Shown here: positions 29,747-38,519 of the stretch, one piece after another
Layout: every line of letters starts with the position of its first letter
Position numbering within the stretch: the stretch's first letter is position 1
NCBI GenBank assembly: GCA_963826785.1
Contig: CAWGYD010000006.1
Location: forward strand, 192,001 to 256,000
DNA: 64,000 nucleotides
Reading direction: 5' to 3'
Source: an uncultured delta proteobacterium
Lineage (GTDB): Bacteria; Desulfobacterota; Desulfobacteria; Desulfobacterales; Desulfosalsimonadaceae
The notes under the pieces: generated by a model
Seen by the model: only the letters and a program-made list of their open reading frames with translations
What the model was told of the DNA's origin: nothing
Databases searched by the model: none
Position numbers and translations under genes: made by a program

Positions 29747-29925
29747 AAATATCAGATTAATCCTCTTTTTCAACTAAAACCAGCAAGTCGACATAAAAAA
29801 TGTACGGACGCCCTGAATGCGATTGCTTGACGCATCTGCCCGTGATACGTTTTGATGACTTGCAGACTTCTGTCCCACAGGCGGATACCCGTTGAACGGC
29901 AATTTAAACTTGAGGAATCCGATCC

Positions 29926-30267
29926 ATGCGCTCCCCTGAAATATCTTCTCCCTCGCGTTTTGTTTTTCTGCTCTTTGTTCTGGCCGGCTTCCTGCTTTTC
30001 TTCGGATGCGCCACTACACCAAAGGACGATTTTACAAAACGGCTCCGCAATATGCCCGATACAGAACTTATCGCCTACTATAACGGCATCAGCGAACGGC
30101 TCAAGACCATCGACAACCGGACGCGTGATATGCGCAGCGCAGAACCCCGCCGGGAGCCGGAAAACAGCTTTAATGGAGAATTTTATTACGGAAGTCCCGG
30201 ATACGACCTCATGCAGAAACAAAAACAGGTCGAAAAAGAATTGAAGTGGCGGAATCTGGCACCCTGA
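29926..30267 (+). CDS. Hypothetical lipoprotein
   Basis: Hydrophobic leader ending FFGC. Confidence 0.6.
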   Translation: MRSPEISSPSRFVFLLFVLAGFLLFFGCATTPKDDFTKRLRNMPDTELIAYYNGISERLKTIDNRTRDMRSAEPRREPENSFNGEFYYGSPGYDLMQKQKQVEKELKWRNLAP

Positions 30268-30338
30268 CAACAAAAAAACCCTGCCGGATGGGAATCCACC
30301 GGCAGATCAAACAGAAATGAAAAGAAAAGGAACTGCAG

Positions 30339-30650
30339 ATGAAGAAATTAAAACTCTGGGTATTGATCCTGGTGGCTGCAACGGTAACCGGCTGCGCGAC
30401 CCCCTTTCCGGTCGGCGTCATCTACACCGATATTCAAGTGCCCTATCCGGTGGCCGGAGAATCATCGGCCATGGAAAAGTCCGGAACCGCGGAATGCACC
30501 AGTGTGCTCGGACTGGTGGCGGTGGGGGATGCCAGCATCCGGCAGGCGATGCAAAACGGGCACATTACCAAAGTCAGCTACGTGGAATGGTCGGCCAATA
30601 ACATCCTGGGCGTTATCGGCACCTATAAGGTGACGGTATACGGCGAATAA
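30339..30650 (+). CDS. TRL-like family small lipoprotein
   Basis: VTGC lipobox; KSGTAECTSVLGLVAVGDASI..AM..G.ITKV. Confidence 0.75.
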   Translation: MKKLKLWVLILVAATVTGCATPFPVGVIYTDIQVPYPVAGESSAMEKSGTAECTSVLGLVAVGDASIRQAMQNGHITKVSYVEWSANNILGVIGTYKVTVYGE

Positions 30651-30687
30651 ACTGATGAATCAACGCCGGGCGGAACCGCCCGGCGGA

Positions 30688-30900
30688 TCACACCCCTCAC
30701 GTCCCGCCATAGCCGACCGATACGTTTTCGCCATCCACGATGACCGGCACTTTTCGTTGTCCGCCGGTAAGCTTGAGCATTTTGTCCAGTTCATCCCTGT
30801 CGGATTTCACATCGATGTACCGGTGCTCCGTATAGGCCCCACGGGCCTTTTCCGTGTAGGGTCAGCCGGATTTCCCGTAAATCAGGATTTGCCTGTTCAT
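30688..30900 (-). CDS. Glutaredoxin-like selenoprotein (Uxx-star type) with two in-frame UGA codons
   Basis: MNRQILIYGKSG-U-PYTEKARGAY...GQRKVPVIVDGENVSVGYGGT-U-GV*; GGAGG RBS; a hairpin follows each UGA; absent from the ORF track. Confidence 0.88.
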
Positions 30901-31189
30901 GGTCGCCTCCCTGGCTGCGTGGCATGCAGCGGTTAAAGAAAACATGTTTCCACAAGCCATCTCAAAGCATCTCAAAAAAACGCCCTTCCCCCCGACAGCA
31001 GCGTTACGACATTTGAAAATAACTCACACAGGGACGATATGCTCGCGTTTTCATTGGCCCCATGCCGCCCTGCGCCTGGATGTGACCGGCATTTTTGAAA
31101 GACTTGCAATTGCTATAAAAATAAAGTCGGATCTGCGGAATTTCAAAATAAACGCATCCGGCAACGCCAAGGATACGTGCGAATCGTCC

Positions 31190-33421
31190 CTAAACGGCCG
31201 GGGCTATCGTCACCGGAATGCCGTTTAGCACCGCGGTTCCGGTGATGCGGTCGGTTTCGGCCGGGGTGATCCGGTTGGTATTGACCCCGGGATGCTGCCG
31301 GGCCACATCCATCTGAATTCCATCTACATCATGCCCCCACCCGTGGGGCAGGCTGACCACTCCGGGCATGATATCGGAGGTGATTTCCACTGCTGCGGCG
31401 ATGGACCCGACGCTGGACGTGATCTGCGCCGGGACATTGTCCGCCAGCCCCAGGCGTTTCGCATCATCTGGATGAACCAGCAGGGTGCACGGATTTTTCG
31501 AAACGAGGGATTCGATGTTGTGCATCCAGGAGTTGTTGGTCCGCAAATGCCGCCGGCCGACCAGAACCATCCGGCCGCGCTCCGGACCGGCCGCCGCACC
31601 GATTGATTGCGTCAGTGCTTCGATATCGGCCTTCATCGCTTCCGGGAAAAGATGGATTTTGCCGTCGGGGTTGGCCAGGGCATGTTTGATCCAGGATTTG
31701 AGCGGCCCGAGATCGATGCCGTGCGGGTTTTTAATCAGCTTTTCAAGATTGATCCCGTCCGGCTTCATTCCAAAATTATCCCCATAGGGGCCGATGCGCA
31801 GCAGGAAATCGAGGATGCGCTCCGGTCCTCTGCTGCCGGACAGGGGGGTTGTCAGCATCTCCTTTGTCACCCCGGATTTTTCTCCGCCCATGGCCTTGAT
31901 AACGCCTGCGGCCAGTTCATCGACCATCTGCGCCTCCAGTTCCGAAGGCGAAGCTGCGGCCCCGCGTCCGCCAGCGATCAGGGCCAAATGGGCCAGGATC
32001 TCCCACTTGTCCTTTTCATCTAAGGCCCTTTCAAACACGGGCGGGGAATAGCAGGCATAATTGTGCACGGACAGGGCATGGAAGAAAAAATCATAGTGGC
32101 CGTGGCACAGAATCGATGCGGGCGGCAGGATCACGTGGGCATGCCGGGTGGACTCGTTGATGTAATAGTCGACCGACACCATGAAATCGAGTCCGGCCAG
32201 GGCCGCATCCAGCCGATCGCTTTGGGGGGTGGCCACCACGGGATTTCCGGCAACGGTGAGCAGCGCGCGGATCCGGCCTTCGCCTTCGGTTTCCATTTCT
32301 TCGGGCATCACGGCCACCGGCAGTTCCCCGGAGACTTCCGGTGCGCCGGACACCCGGGACGTAAAGCGCCCCACCGCATACCCTTTTCGGGGAATGCTGC
32401 CGTCCGGGAGATGGGCCGGCCGGACAAACATCGTCCCGCCTTCCCGGTCCAGGTTGCCCGTCAGGATATTGATCACCTCGATCAGCCAGGAACTCACCGT
32501 GCCGTATTTTACCGTGCTGGTGCCCATACGGCCGTAGACCGCACAGGTATTCGCCCGGGCAATCTGCCGGGCCAGCGCGGCAATCTGATCCGGGGCAATG
32601 CCGCAAAAAGCGGCGGCTTTTTCGGGTGTAAAGGGTTTTACCGCTTGCCTGAGCAATTCGGCATCATCGATGAATGCATCAATATGCCCTGTTTTTACCA
32701 GGCTTTCTGAGAACAGGACGTTCACCAGGGCCAGCAGCAGGTAGACGTCGGCTCCAGGCCGGATGAACAAATGACGGTCTGCCGCTTCTGCGGTGCGGGT
32801 CCTGATCGGGTCGATGACAATCAGTTTTCCGCCCCGCTTCTTAAGCGCCCGGATGCGGCCGGGCATATCCGGTGCGGTCATCAGGCTGCCGTTGGAGACA
32901 AACGGATTGGCCCCGAACACCACGAACAGATCGGTGCGGTCGATATCGGGTATGGGGATCCGCATGGGGCTGCCGTAGAGAAATCCGCAGGCGGCCATCT
33001 TGGGCATCTGGTCGACGGTGCTGGCCGTGTAGAAATTTTTCGTCTTGAACGCCTTGATCAGCGGCCGTATGAACACGCCGCCGGCCATGGTGTGGGTGTT
33101 GGGATTGCCCAGGTATACCGCCACGGCATCGTTGCCGCCGGCCTGTCGAACGGCGGTGAGTTTCTCTTCCACCCGGGCGAGAGCTTCGCCCCAGCTCGCC
33201 GGTCGGAATTTTCCATCCTCCCGGATCATGGGCTGCCGCAGCCGGTCGGGATCCTCGTGCAGATCCTTCAACGCGATCCCCTTGGGGCAGCAAAATCCTT
33301 TGCTCATCGGGTTTTGCTCATCCCCGCGGATTTTTTCCACGCGATTTCCGGAAATGGTAATGGCAAGCCCGCACCCGGCTTCGCACAGGGGGCAGATTCG
33401 AAAAGCAGTTCTGGTATTCAT
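31190..33421 (-). CDS. Molybdopterin (bis-MGD) oxidoreductase, stand-alone catalytic subunit
   Basis: CPLCEAGCG...CPKG 4Fe-4S motif, GRRHLRTNNSWMHN, PGVVSLPHGWG. Confidence 0.9.
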   Translation of the reverse strand: MNTRTAFRICPLCEAGCGLAITISGNRVEKIRGDEQNPMSKGFCCPKGIALKDLHEDPDRLRQPMIREDGKFRPASWGEALARVEEKLTAVRQAGGNDAVAVYLGNPNTHTMAGGVFIRPLIKAFKTKNFYTASTVDQMPKMAACGFLYGSPMRIPIPDIDRTDLFVVFGANPFVSNGSLMTAPDMPGRIRALKKRGGKLIVIDPIRTRTAEAADRHLFIRPGADVYLLLALVNVLFSESLVKTGHIDAFIDDAELLRQAVKPFTPEKAAAFCGIAPDQIAALARQIARANTCAVYGRMGTSTVKYGTVSSWLIEVINILTGNLDREGGTMFVRPAHLPDGSIPRKGYAVGRFTSRVSGAPEVSGELPVAVMPEEMETEGEGRIRALLTVAGNPVVATPQSDRLDAALAGLDFMVSVDYYINESTRHAHVILPPASILCHGHYDFFFHALSVHNYACYSPPVFERALDEKDKWEILAHLALIAGGRGAAASPSELEAQMVDELAAGVIKAMGGEKSGVTKEMLTTPLSGSRGPERILDFLLRIGPYGDNFGMKPDGINLEKLIKNPHGIDLGPLKSWIKHALANPDGKIHLFPEAMKADIEALTQSIGAAAGPERGRMVLVGRRHLRTNNSWMHNIESLVSKNPCTLLVHPDDAKRLGLADNVPAQITSSVGSIAAAVEITSDIMPGVVSLPHGWGHDVDGIQMDVARQHPGVNTNRITPAETDRITGTAVLNGIPVTIAPAV

Positions 33422-33570
33422 GGCGCTCCTTTTTTATTTGGCTTCTTCAATCATCCGCAGCAGAACAGCAGAAGCATTCGTCTTGCGAAGAACGTAAAAA
33501 ACGGTATTATATAGTATAATTTCGGGTATGACAAATTCTATAACTGGTGTTGCACGAAAGGAGAGCTGTC

Positions 33571-34116
33571 ATGAAGCGTTTAGCACTTGTAGTGATGTTT
33601 TTTTTCCTGTCCGCCACAACCGCATTTTCCGAGGGTTTCACCCTCACCAGTCCCGATGTTTCCGGGCAGTTGTCAAAAGCACAGGTCTATTCCGGATTCG
33701 GGTGCACCGGGAAGAATATCTCGCCCGCCCTTTCCTGGAAAAACGCTCCCGAAGGGACCCGGAGTTTTGCCGTGACCGCCTATGACCCGGATGCGCCCAC
33801 GGGCAGCGGATGGTGGCACTGGATCATATTCAACATCCCGGCCTCCGTTCATGAGCTCAAAGCCGGCGTGGGCAACCCGGATAAAAATCTTGCCCCCGAA
33901 GGCGCCGTCCAGAGCATCAACAGCTATGGAAAGCAGGGCTACGGCGGAGCCTGTCCGCCCGAGGGGGCGCCGGCCCACCGCTACATCTTCACGGTCTATG
34001 CGTTAAAAACAGACAAGCTGGATATGGGGCCGTCCACCCAGGCGCCCCAGGTGGGTTTTGCCCTGCATCAGAACGCACTGGCCAAAGCCTCCGTTATCGG
34101 CTACTATGGCAGATAG
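33571..34116 (+). CDS. YbhB/YbcL-family (PEBP/RKIP-like) exported protein
   Basis: YDPDAPTGSGWWHW, GGACPP...HRYIFTVYAL; signal peptide. Confidence 0.92.
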   Translation: MKRLALVVMFFFLSATTAFSEGFTLTSPDVSGQLSKAQVYSGFGCTGKNISPALSWKNAPEGTRSFAVTAYDPDAPTGSGWWHWIIFNIPASVHELKAGVGNPDKNLAPEGAVQSINSYGKQGYGGACPPEGAPAHRYIFTVYALKTDKLDMGPSTQAPQVGFALHQNALAKASVIGYYGR

Positions 34117-34132
34117 AAAACAGCCGACAGCC

Positions 34133-34978
34133 ATGACCCGAGACATCATCGCAGACAGCTGGGCAGCCCTCCAGGAAGAACTCTTCCGGGAATCCTGGAA
34201 TGAGAGCATTTCACGATTCAGGTCGCCCTTTGTTTTCCGGGGACTGTCGGACGCCTCCTATCGGCTGCTGACCTCCCTGATCCGCCTGGGCGGGCCTTAC
34301 CCCACCCTGGAGCGGCACCTGCTGCGCAATTTCCGGAAATACGCCCAGAACATTCCCCAGGCCTTTTCATCTTTCTGGCAGCTGCTGTCCATCGCCCAGC
34401 ACTACGGGCTTCCCACCCGCCTGATGGACTGGACCTATTCCCCATGGGTGGCGCTCCATTTCGCCACGGCCAATCATGAACGCTACGATCTGGACGGGGT
34501 GATCTGGATGGTCAATTTCCAGCAGACCCATGAACGGCTGCCCGAAGACATGCGCTCGCACCTGCACAGGGAAGGCGCCCAGGCGTTTACGGTGGAGCTT
34601 CTCACCAGTTTGTCCAAATTCCGCGCCGACAGCTGCACCACGGATGACACCACCTTCTATGACGTGATCCAGACGCTGGAGGAATTCGACCGGGTGGCCG
34701 ACAGCGAGGAGTTCCTGATGTTTTTCGAGCCGCCTTCTTTAGACGAGCGGATCATCAACCAGTTCGCCCTGTTTTCGGTCATGCCCAATCCGAGACGGGC
34801 AATCGACGAATGGCTGGACCGGCGTCCCGAACTGTACCGGCGCATCATCATCCCTGCGGCCATGAAATGGGAATTCAGGGACAAGCTGGACCAGTGCAAC
34901 ATCACCGAACGGGTTTTGTTCCCCGGCCTGGGAGGACTGAGCACCTGGCTGCGGCGGCATTACAGCCCGAAAAATTGA
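34133..34978 (+). CDS. FRG domain protein
   Basis: VFRGLS, AQHYGLPTRLMDWTYSPWVALHFA, LFPGLGG. Confidence 0.9.
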   Translation: MTRDIIADSWAALQEELFRESWNESISRFRSPFVFRGLSDASYRLLTSLIRLGGPYPTLERHLLRNFRKYAQNIPQAFSSFWQLLSIAQHYGLPTRLMDWTYSPWVALHFATANHERYDLDGVIWMVNFQQTHERLPEDMRSHLHREGAQAFTVELLTSLSKFRADSCTTDDTTFYDVIQTLEEFDRVADSEEFLMFFEPPSLDERIINQFALFSVMPNPRRAIDEWLDRRPELYRRIIIPAAMKWEFRDKLDQCNITERVLFPGLGGLSTWLRRHYSPKN

Positions 34979-35037
34979 GGGGCGGCAACAAAGATGGGGA
35001 AAAACGAAGGGCTTGATAATATTTGCCGAGTCGCCGG

Positions 35038-35157
35038 AACACCCCCCTGGCCCCCCTCGAGGGGGGAATAAATTATCATAAATTAAAAATTCCCCCCTCG
35101 AGGGGGGAATAAATATGTTGATGCATTCCCCCCTTGAGGGGGGCGAAGGGGGGTGTT
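35038..35157. repeat. REP-like triplet with AT-rich spacers between convergent genes
   Basis: Three CCCCCCT(C/T)GAGGGGGG palindromes bracketed by AACACCCCCC...GGGGGTGTT. Confidence 0.8.
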
Positions 35158-35189
35158 AAATCGCGGCCGGCAGGCAATACTCAAATTTC

Positions 35190-35222
35190 GCAGGGGTCCG
35201 TCAAACAGGACGGGACCCCTGC
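35190..35222 (-). terminator. Hairpin after the iscS-like gene
   Basis: GCAGGGGTCC...GGACCCCTGC stem. Confidence 0.5.
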
Positions 35223-35233
35223 AAAGAAATGGA

Positions 35234-36409
35234 TCAGGCGGAATGTTTTTCCTTGTACAGCGGGGACATGTTGCGCAGGGTCTTGACCGTCTGCTGAAGC
35301 GATTTTAAAAACCGGTCCACATCGTCTCTGGTGTTTTCAAGGCCCACCGAAAGCACCAGCGTCCCCTGAGCGTCCGCGTGGCTCAGTCCCAGGGAGAGCA
35401 GCACATGGGAGGCCCGCAGGCTGCCGGTGGCGCAGGCCGATTTGGTGGAAACGGCGAAATCCTCCTCATCTAGCATCAGCATCACGCTTTCGCCCTCGAT
35501 GTACTTTACGGATACGGACAGCAGGTAGGGCAGGCTGAACTCGGGATGGGTGTTGACGATGCATTCATCCACATACTTGGGCAGTTCGTCCATCAGGTAC
35601 TGCTTCAGGCCGGAGAGATAAGCATACCGGTCATCCATATCCCGGACGGCCAGTTCCGCCGCTTTTCCCATGCCGATGATGCCGATGAGGTTTTCCGCAC
35701 CGCCTCGCTTGTTGTTCTCCTGCACCCCGCCTTCCAGCAGGGGAAAAATGCGGGTGCCCCGGCGGATGTAGAGCCCACCCGCGCCGGTGGGGCCGTAGAA
35801 GGTGTTTGAAGCGAAACTGAGCAAATCCACGTTGAGCTTGTTGACATCGATGGGCATCACCCCCACGGAGTCCACGGCATCCGTATGAAACAAAACCTTT
35901 TTCGCCCGGGTGATCTTCCCGATTTCTTCGATGGGCTGCAGCGTCCCGGTTTCGTTGTTGCTGTGCATGATCGATACCAGGATGGTCTTGTCGGTGATGG
36001 CGTTTTCCACATCAGCGGGATTGACCCTTCCGGTCGTATCCACCGGCAGGGAGGTCACTTTGTATCCATACGCCTTGAGCCGCTTGACGCTGCGGATCAC
36101 CGCATTGTGCTCGATATTGGTGGTAACGATATGGTTTCCGGTTTCCCGGTTGGCCATGGCCACCCCTTTGATGGCGTGGTTGACCGACTCGGTCCCGCCG
36201 GAGGTGAATACGATTTCTTTAGGGCTTTCCGCATTGATGAGCCTGGCCACGGTTTCCCGGGCGGCCTCGATTTTTTCGGCCGCAGCCTCACCGGCCTTGT
36301 GCTGGCTGGAAGGGTTGTGAAAGTCCCCCTCGATCGCCTCGATCATGACCTTTTTGACTTCCGGCAGCAGCGGGTTGGATGAAATATGATCAAAATTGGT
36401 TATCCGCAT
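35234..36409 (-). CDS. iscS: IscS/NifS-like protein lacking the PLP Schiff-base lysine
   Basis: FTSGGTES, HSNNETG and SACATGS are retained; canonical SxHKxYGPKG reads ASNTFYGPTG. Confidence 0.85.
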   Translation of the reverse strand: MRITNFDHISSNPLLPEVKKVMIEAIEGDFHNPSSQHKAGEAAAEKIEAARETVARLINAESPKEIVFTSGGTESVNHAIKGVAMANRETGNHIVTTNIEHNAVIRSVKRLKAYGYKVTSLPVDTTGRVNPADVENAITDKTILVSIMHSNNETGTLQPIEEIGKITRAKKVLFHTDAVDSVGVMPIDVNKLNVDLLSFASNTFYGPTGAGGLYIRRGTRIFPLLEGGVQENNKRGGAENLIGIIGMGKAAELAVRDMDDRYAYLSGLKQYLMDELPKYVDECIVNTHPEFSLPYLLSVSVKYIEGESVMLMLDEEDFAVSTKSACATGSLRASHVLLSLGLSHADAQGTLVLSVGLENTRDDVDRFLKSLQQTVKTLRNMSPLYKEKHSA

Positions 36410-36431
36410 CAGTCTTCCCCGGCTTTCTGGT

Positions 36432-36944
36432 TTAGTGTTCTTCGGTCAGATCATGCTGGCACGCCTCACAGAACGTGGTGGACGGCTGGATCTGAACATC
36501 GCAGTAGGGGCAATAGCATTTTTCGCCATGGGAATGCTCGTGCTCGTCTTTACGGACCGGTTCGGGACGGGTCTTTCCGGATTTCCGGTCCTCGTAGTTC
36601 TGAATGGCCATGTGCAGCGCATCCGCGCCCAGGTTGGAACAGTGCATCTTGTTCTTGGGAAGCCCTTCCAGGGCTTCTGCCACGTCCTTGTTGGTGATCT
36701 TCTTGGCTTCTTCGATGGTCTTTCCTCTGGCGATCTCGGTGAGCATGCTCGACACCGCGATGGCGGACCCGCAGCCGAACGTCTGGAATTTGATGTCCTC
36801 GATCTTTTCATCGCTGATCTTGAGATAAATGGTCATCATGTCCCCGCACAGCGGATTTCCAACCTCGCCCACGCCATTGGCATCCTCGATGACCCCGACA
36901 TTCCTGGGGTTCTTGAAATGATCCATAACGACTTTGTTGTACAT
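36432..36944 (-). CDS. iscU: Fe-S scaffold IscU/NifU-N with His-rich linker and C-terminal zinc ribbon
   Basis: DHFKNPRNVG, GNPLCGD, FGCGSAIA, KMHCSNL; tail HEHSH..CPYC..CEAC. Confidence 0.92.
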   Translation of the reverse strand: MYNKVVMDHFKNPRNVGVIEDANGVGEVGNPLCGDMMTIYLKISDEKIEDIKFQTFGCGSAIAVSSMLTEIARGKTIEEAKKITNKDVAEALEGLPKNKMHCSNLGADALHMAIQNYEDRKSGKTRPEPVRKDEHEHSHGEKCYCPYCDVQIQPSTTFCEACQHDLTEEH

Positions 36945-37286
36945 GATAAGTTCCTCCGAAACCGTATATATTTATTACTAAAACGTAAACACGATCGATC
37001 AATTGTAAAGAAAGGCCGAATCCGGGGAAAAGCGCGGCAGGGCATCCCTTATGCTTTTTTCCCCCGGTCGATCGGCTATCCATTATTTTTAAAACCAATC
37101 AGATAACAAACTACAAGGAAATCAAAATGTCAATTGATCATTTGATGGGAGTCGATCCGGACGGATCGGGAACGGACCCGCTGCGTTTTCATGAGTTTGC
37201 AGACGGCCGGCGGGTGCTGAGGACACCGTCCATGGAACCCGGGCGAATTTAACTTCACGGCCGGTTTTTGTCCGGGAGAGGGCCGC

Positions 37287-38516
37287 CTAAAGATTGCCGG
37301 CCAGGCGGAGCTGATTTTTATTCAAAGCCAGCCGGAGTTTATCCTGAACCAGTTCATGGGTCTTTTCCCGGAAGGGGACATACACCAGCTGCGCTTTTTT
37401 GGGGCGGATGGAAATCCTGGGCAGCAGCTCGGGAATCGACTCCCGGGGCCGCAGAAAGGCTGTCAGCATCAGCTTTAAGCTTTGGAGGGCTTCGGTGACA
37501 TCCAGGTTCACCGATACCATGCGGCCCCTGGGCATATTTTTAACCAGTTCCCGTTGCAGCTGGGCATGGGTCATGCCGGTGGAAAGCGCCAGAAAGGTCT
37601 GCGGCCGCACTTTAAAGGCCATGGCCCAGAAGGTAAACGGCTGGTTTTCCATATCCGGCTGCACCACTTTCGGCAGGTTGGCCGCGCGCACCAGATCGGC
37701 ATAGGTGTTTAACGCAATCCCGTTCGTTTCCGCACGGATCCGCCAGAAGGGGAGATAGACCACATCCGCCCCCGCCTCGGGGATATGGGCTGCGCTGATG
37801 GGTTTGAGCCGACCGTCTGCGGGTTTCCAGGAGGTTTCACAATTCCGGCAGCACAGGACCGACGAGTCCCGGTGGCCCTCCAGGTCCCATCCGCAGGCCG
37901 GGCACAGGGTGGGAATGAATTGGATTCCCCAGTCGGGCCGATCACCGGAAAACGCATCCAGGGAGAAGTCATCATCTGCCATTACAGCCGGGACCGGCCG
38001 GTCGAGGATGCCGTCATAGAGGCGGCCGCTGAGGTAAAAGGGGGAGTAGATCAGGCTGGCGGACTCGCCGATAAAGGTTTTGTAGATGATCGGCTTGGGA
38101 AATGCCGGATCATACCGGCGGGAAATGGATTTCAGCACTTCGGACATAGGCTGGACCGGTTTTAAAAACCGGCCGTTATCCTCCGGGGTGACGAACTTGA
38201 GCTTCAGCGCCTGGCTCCGGATGCCCACGGATACCGGAAAATACCGCGAAGATATGGCCTGGTGGCTGACATCGACAAACCGGTGCTTCACCCCGGCCGG
38301 CACCGATGCAAACAGCATCCCCTTGTAATGCCAGAAGGGAAAATAGACCAGCCCCTCTTTATCCGGATTCTTCGGCACAAACCGGTAGCGGAACACCCCC
38401 CGGGCCGTCAAATAGGATTTCACCCGGCAGAAGGCGCAGGAAAACAGACGGTCGGTTTGCTCCAGGGTGGCCGGCGCCCCGCACTGGGGGCACTCATAGG
38501 AAATCTGATAGCCCAC
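37287..38516 (-). CDS. Hypothetical protein with two zinc-ribbon pairs
   Basis: CPQCG/CAFC and CPACG/CRNC; co-transcribed with the SPFH gene. Confidence 0.7.
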   Translation of the reverse strand: MGYQISYECPQCGAPATLEQTDRLFSCAFCRVKSYLTARGVFRYRFVPKNPDKEGLVYFPFWHYKGMLFASVPAGVKHRFVDVSHQAISSRYFPVSVGIRSQALKLKFVTPEDNGRFLKPVQPMSEVLKSISRRYDPAFPKPIIYKTFIGESASLIYSPFYLSGRLYDGILDRPVPAVMADDDFSLDAFSGDRPDWGIQFIPTLCPACGWDLEGHRDSSVLCCRNCETSWKPADGRLKPISAAHIPEAGADVVYLPFWRIRAETNGIALNTYADLVRAANLPKVVQPDMENQPFTFWAMAFKVRPQTFLALSTGMTHAQLQRELVKNMPRGRMVSVNLDVTEALQSLKLMLTAFLRPRESIPELLPRISIRPKKAQLVYVPFREKTHELVQDKLRLALNKNQLRLAGNL

Positions 38517-38519
38517 GGA

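Noticed and set aside
27795..29777. 660-aa plus-strand ORF and other long antisense ORFs (e.g. 1446-2867, 10455-11984, 62491-63441)
   Set aside because: These are shadows of well-supported genes on the opposite strand in GC-rich DNA and carry no recognisable motifs
35038..35157. CRISPR-like repeat/spacer pattern (also at 3102-3184 and 9655-10390)
   Set aside because: Only 2-3 units, in mixed orientation, with low-complexity AT spacers and no cas genes; this fits REP-type repeats
37110..37286. Possible structured ncRNA or riboswitch in intergenic DNA (also 52100-52320 and 58840-59100)
   Set aside because: No consensus motif of a known RNA family is recognisable by eye; an Infernal/Rfam scan would be needed
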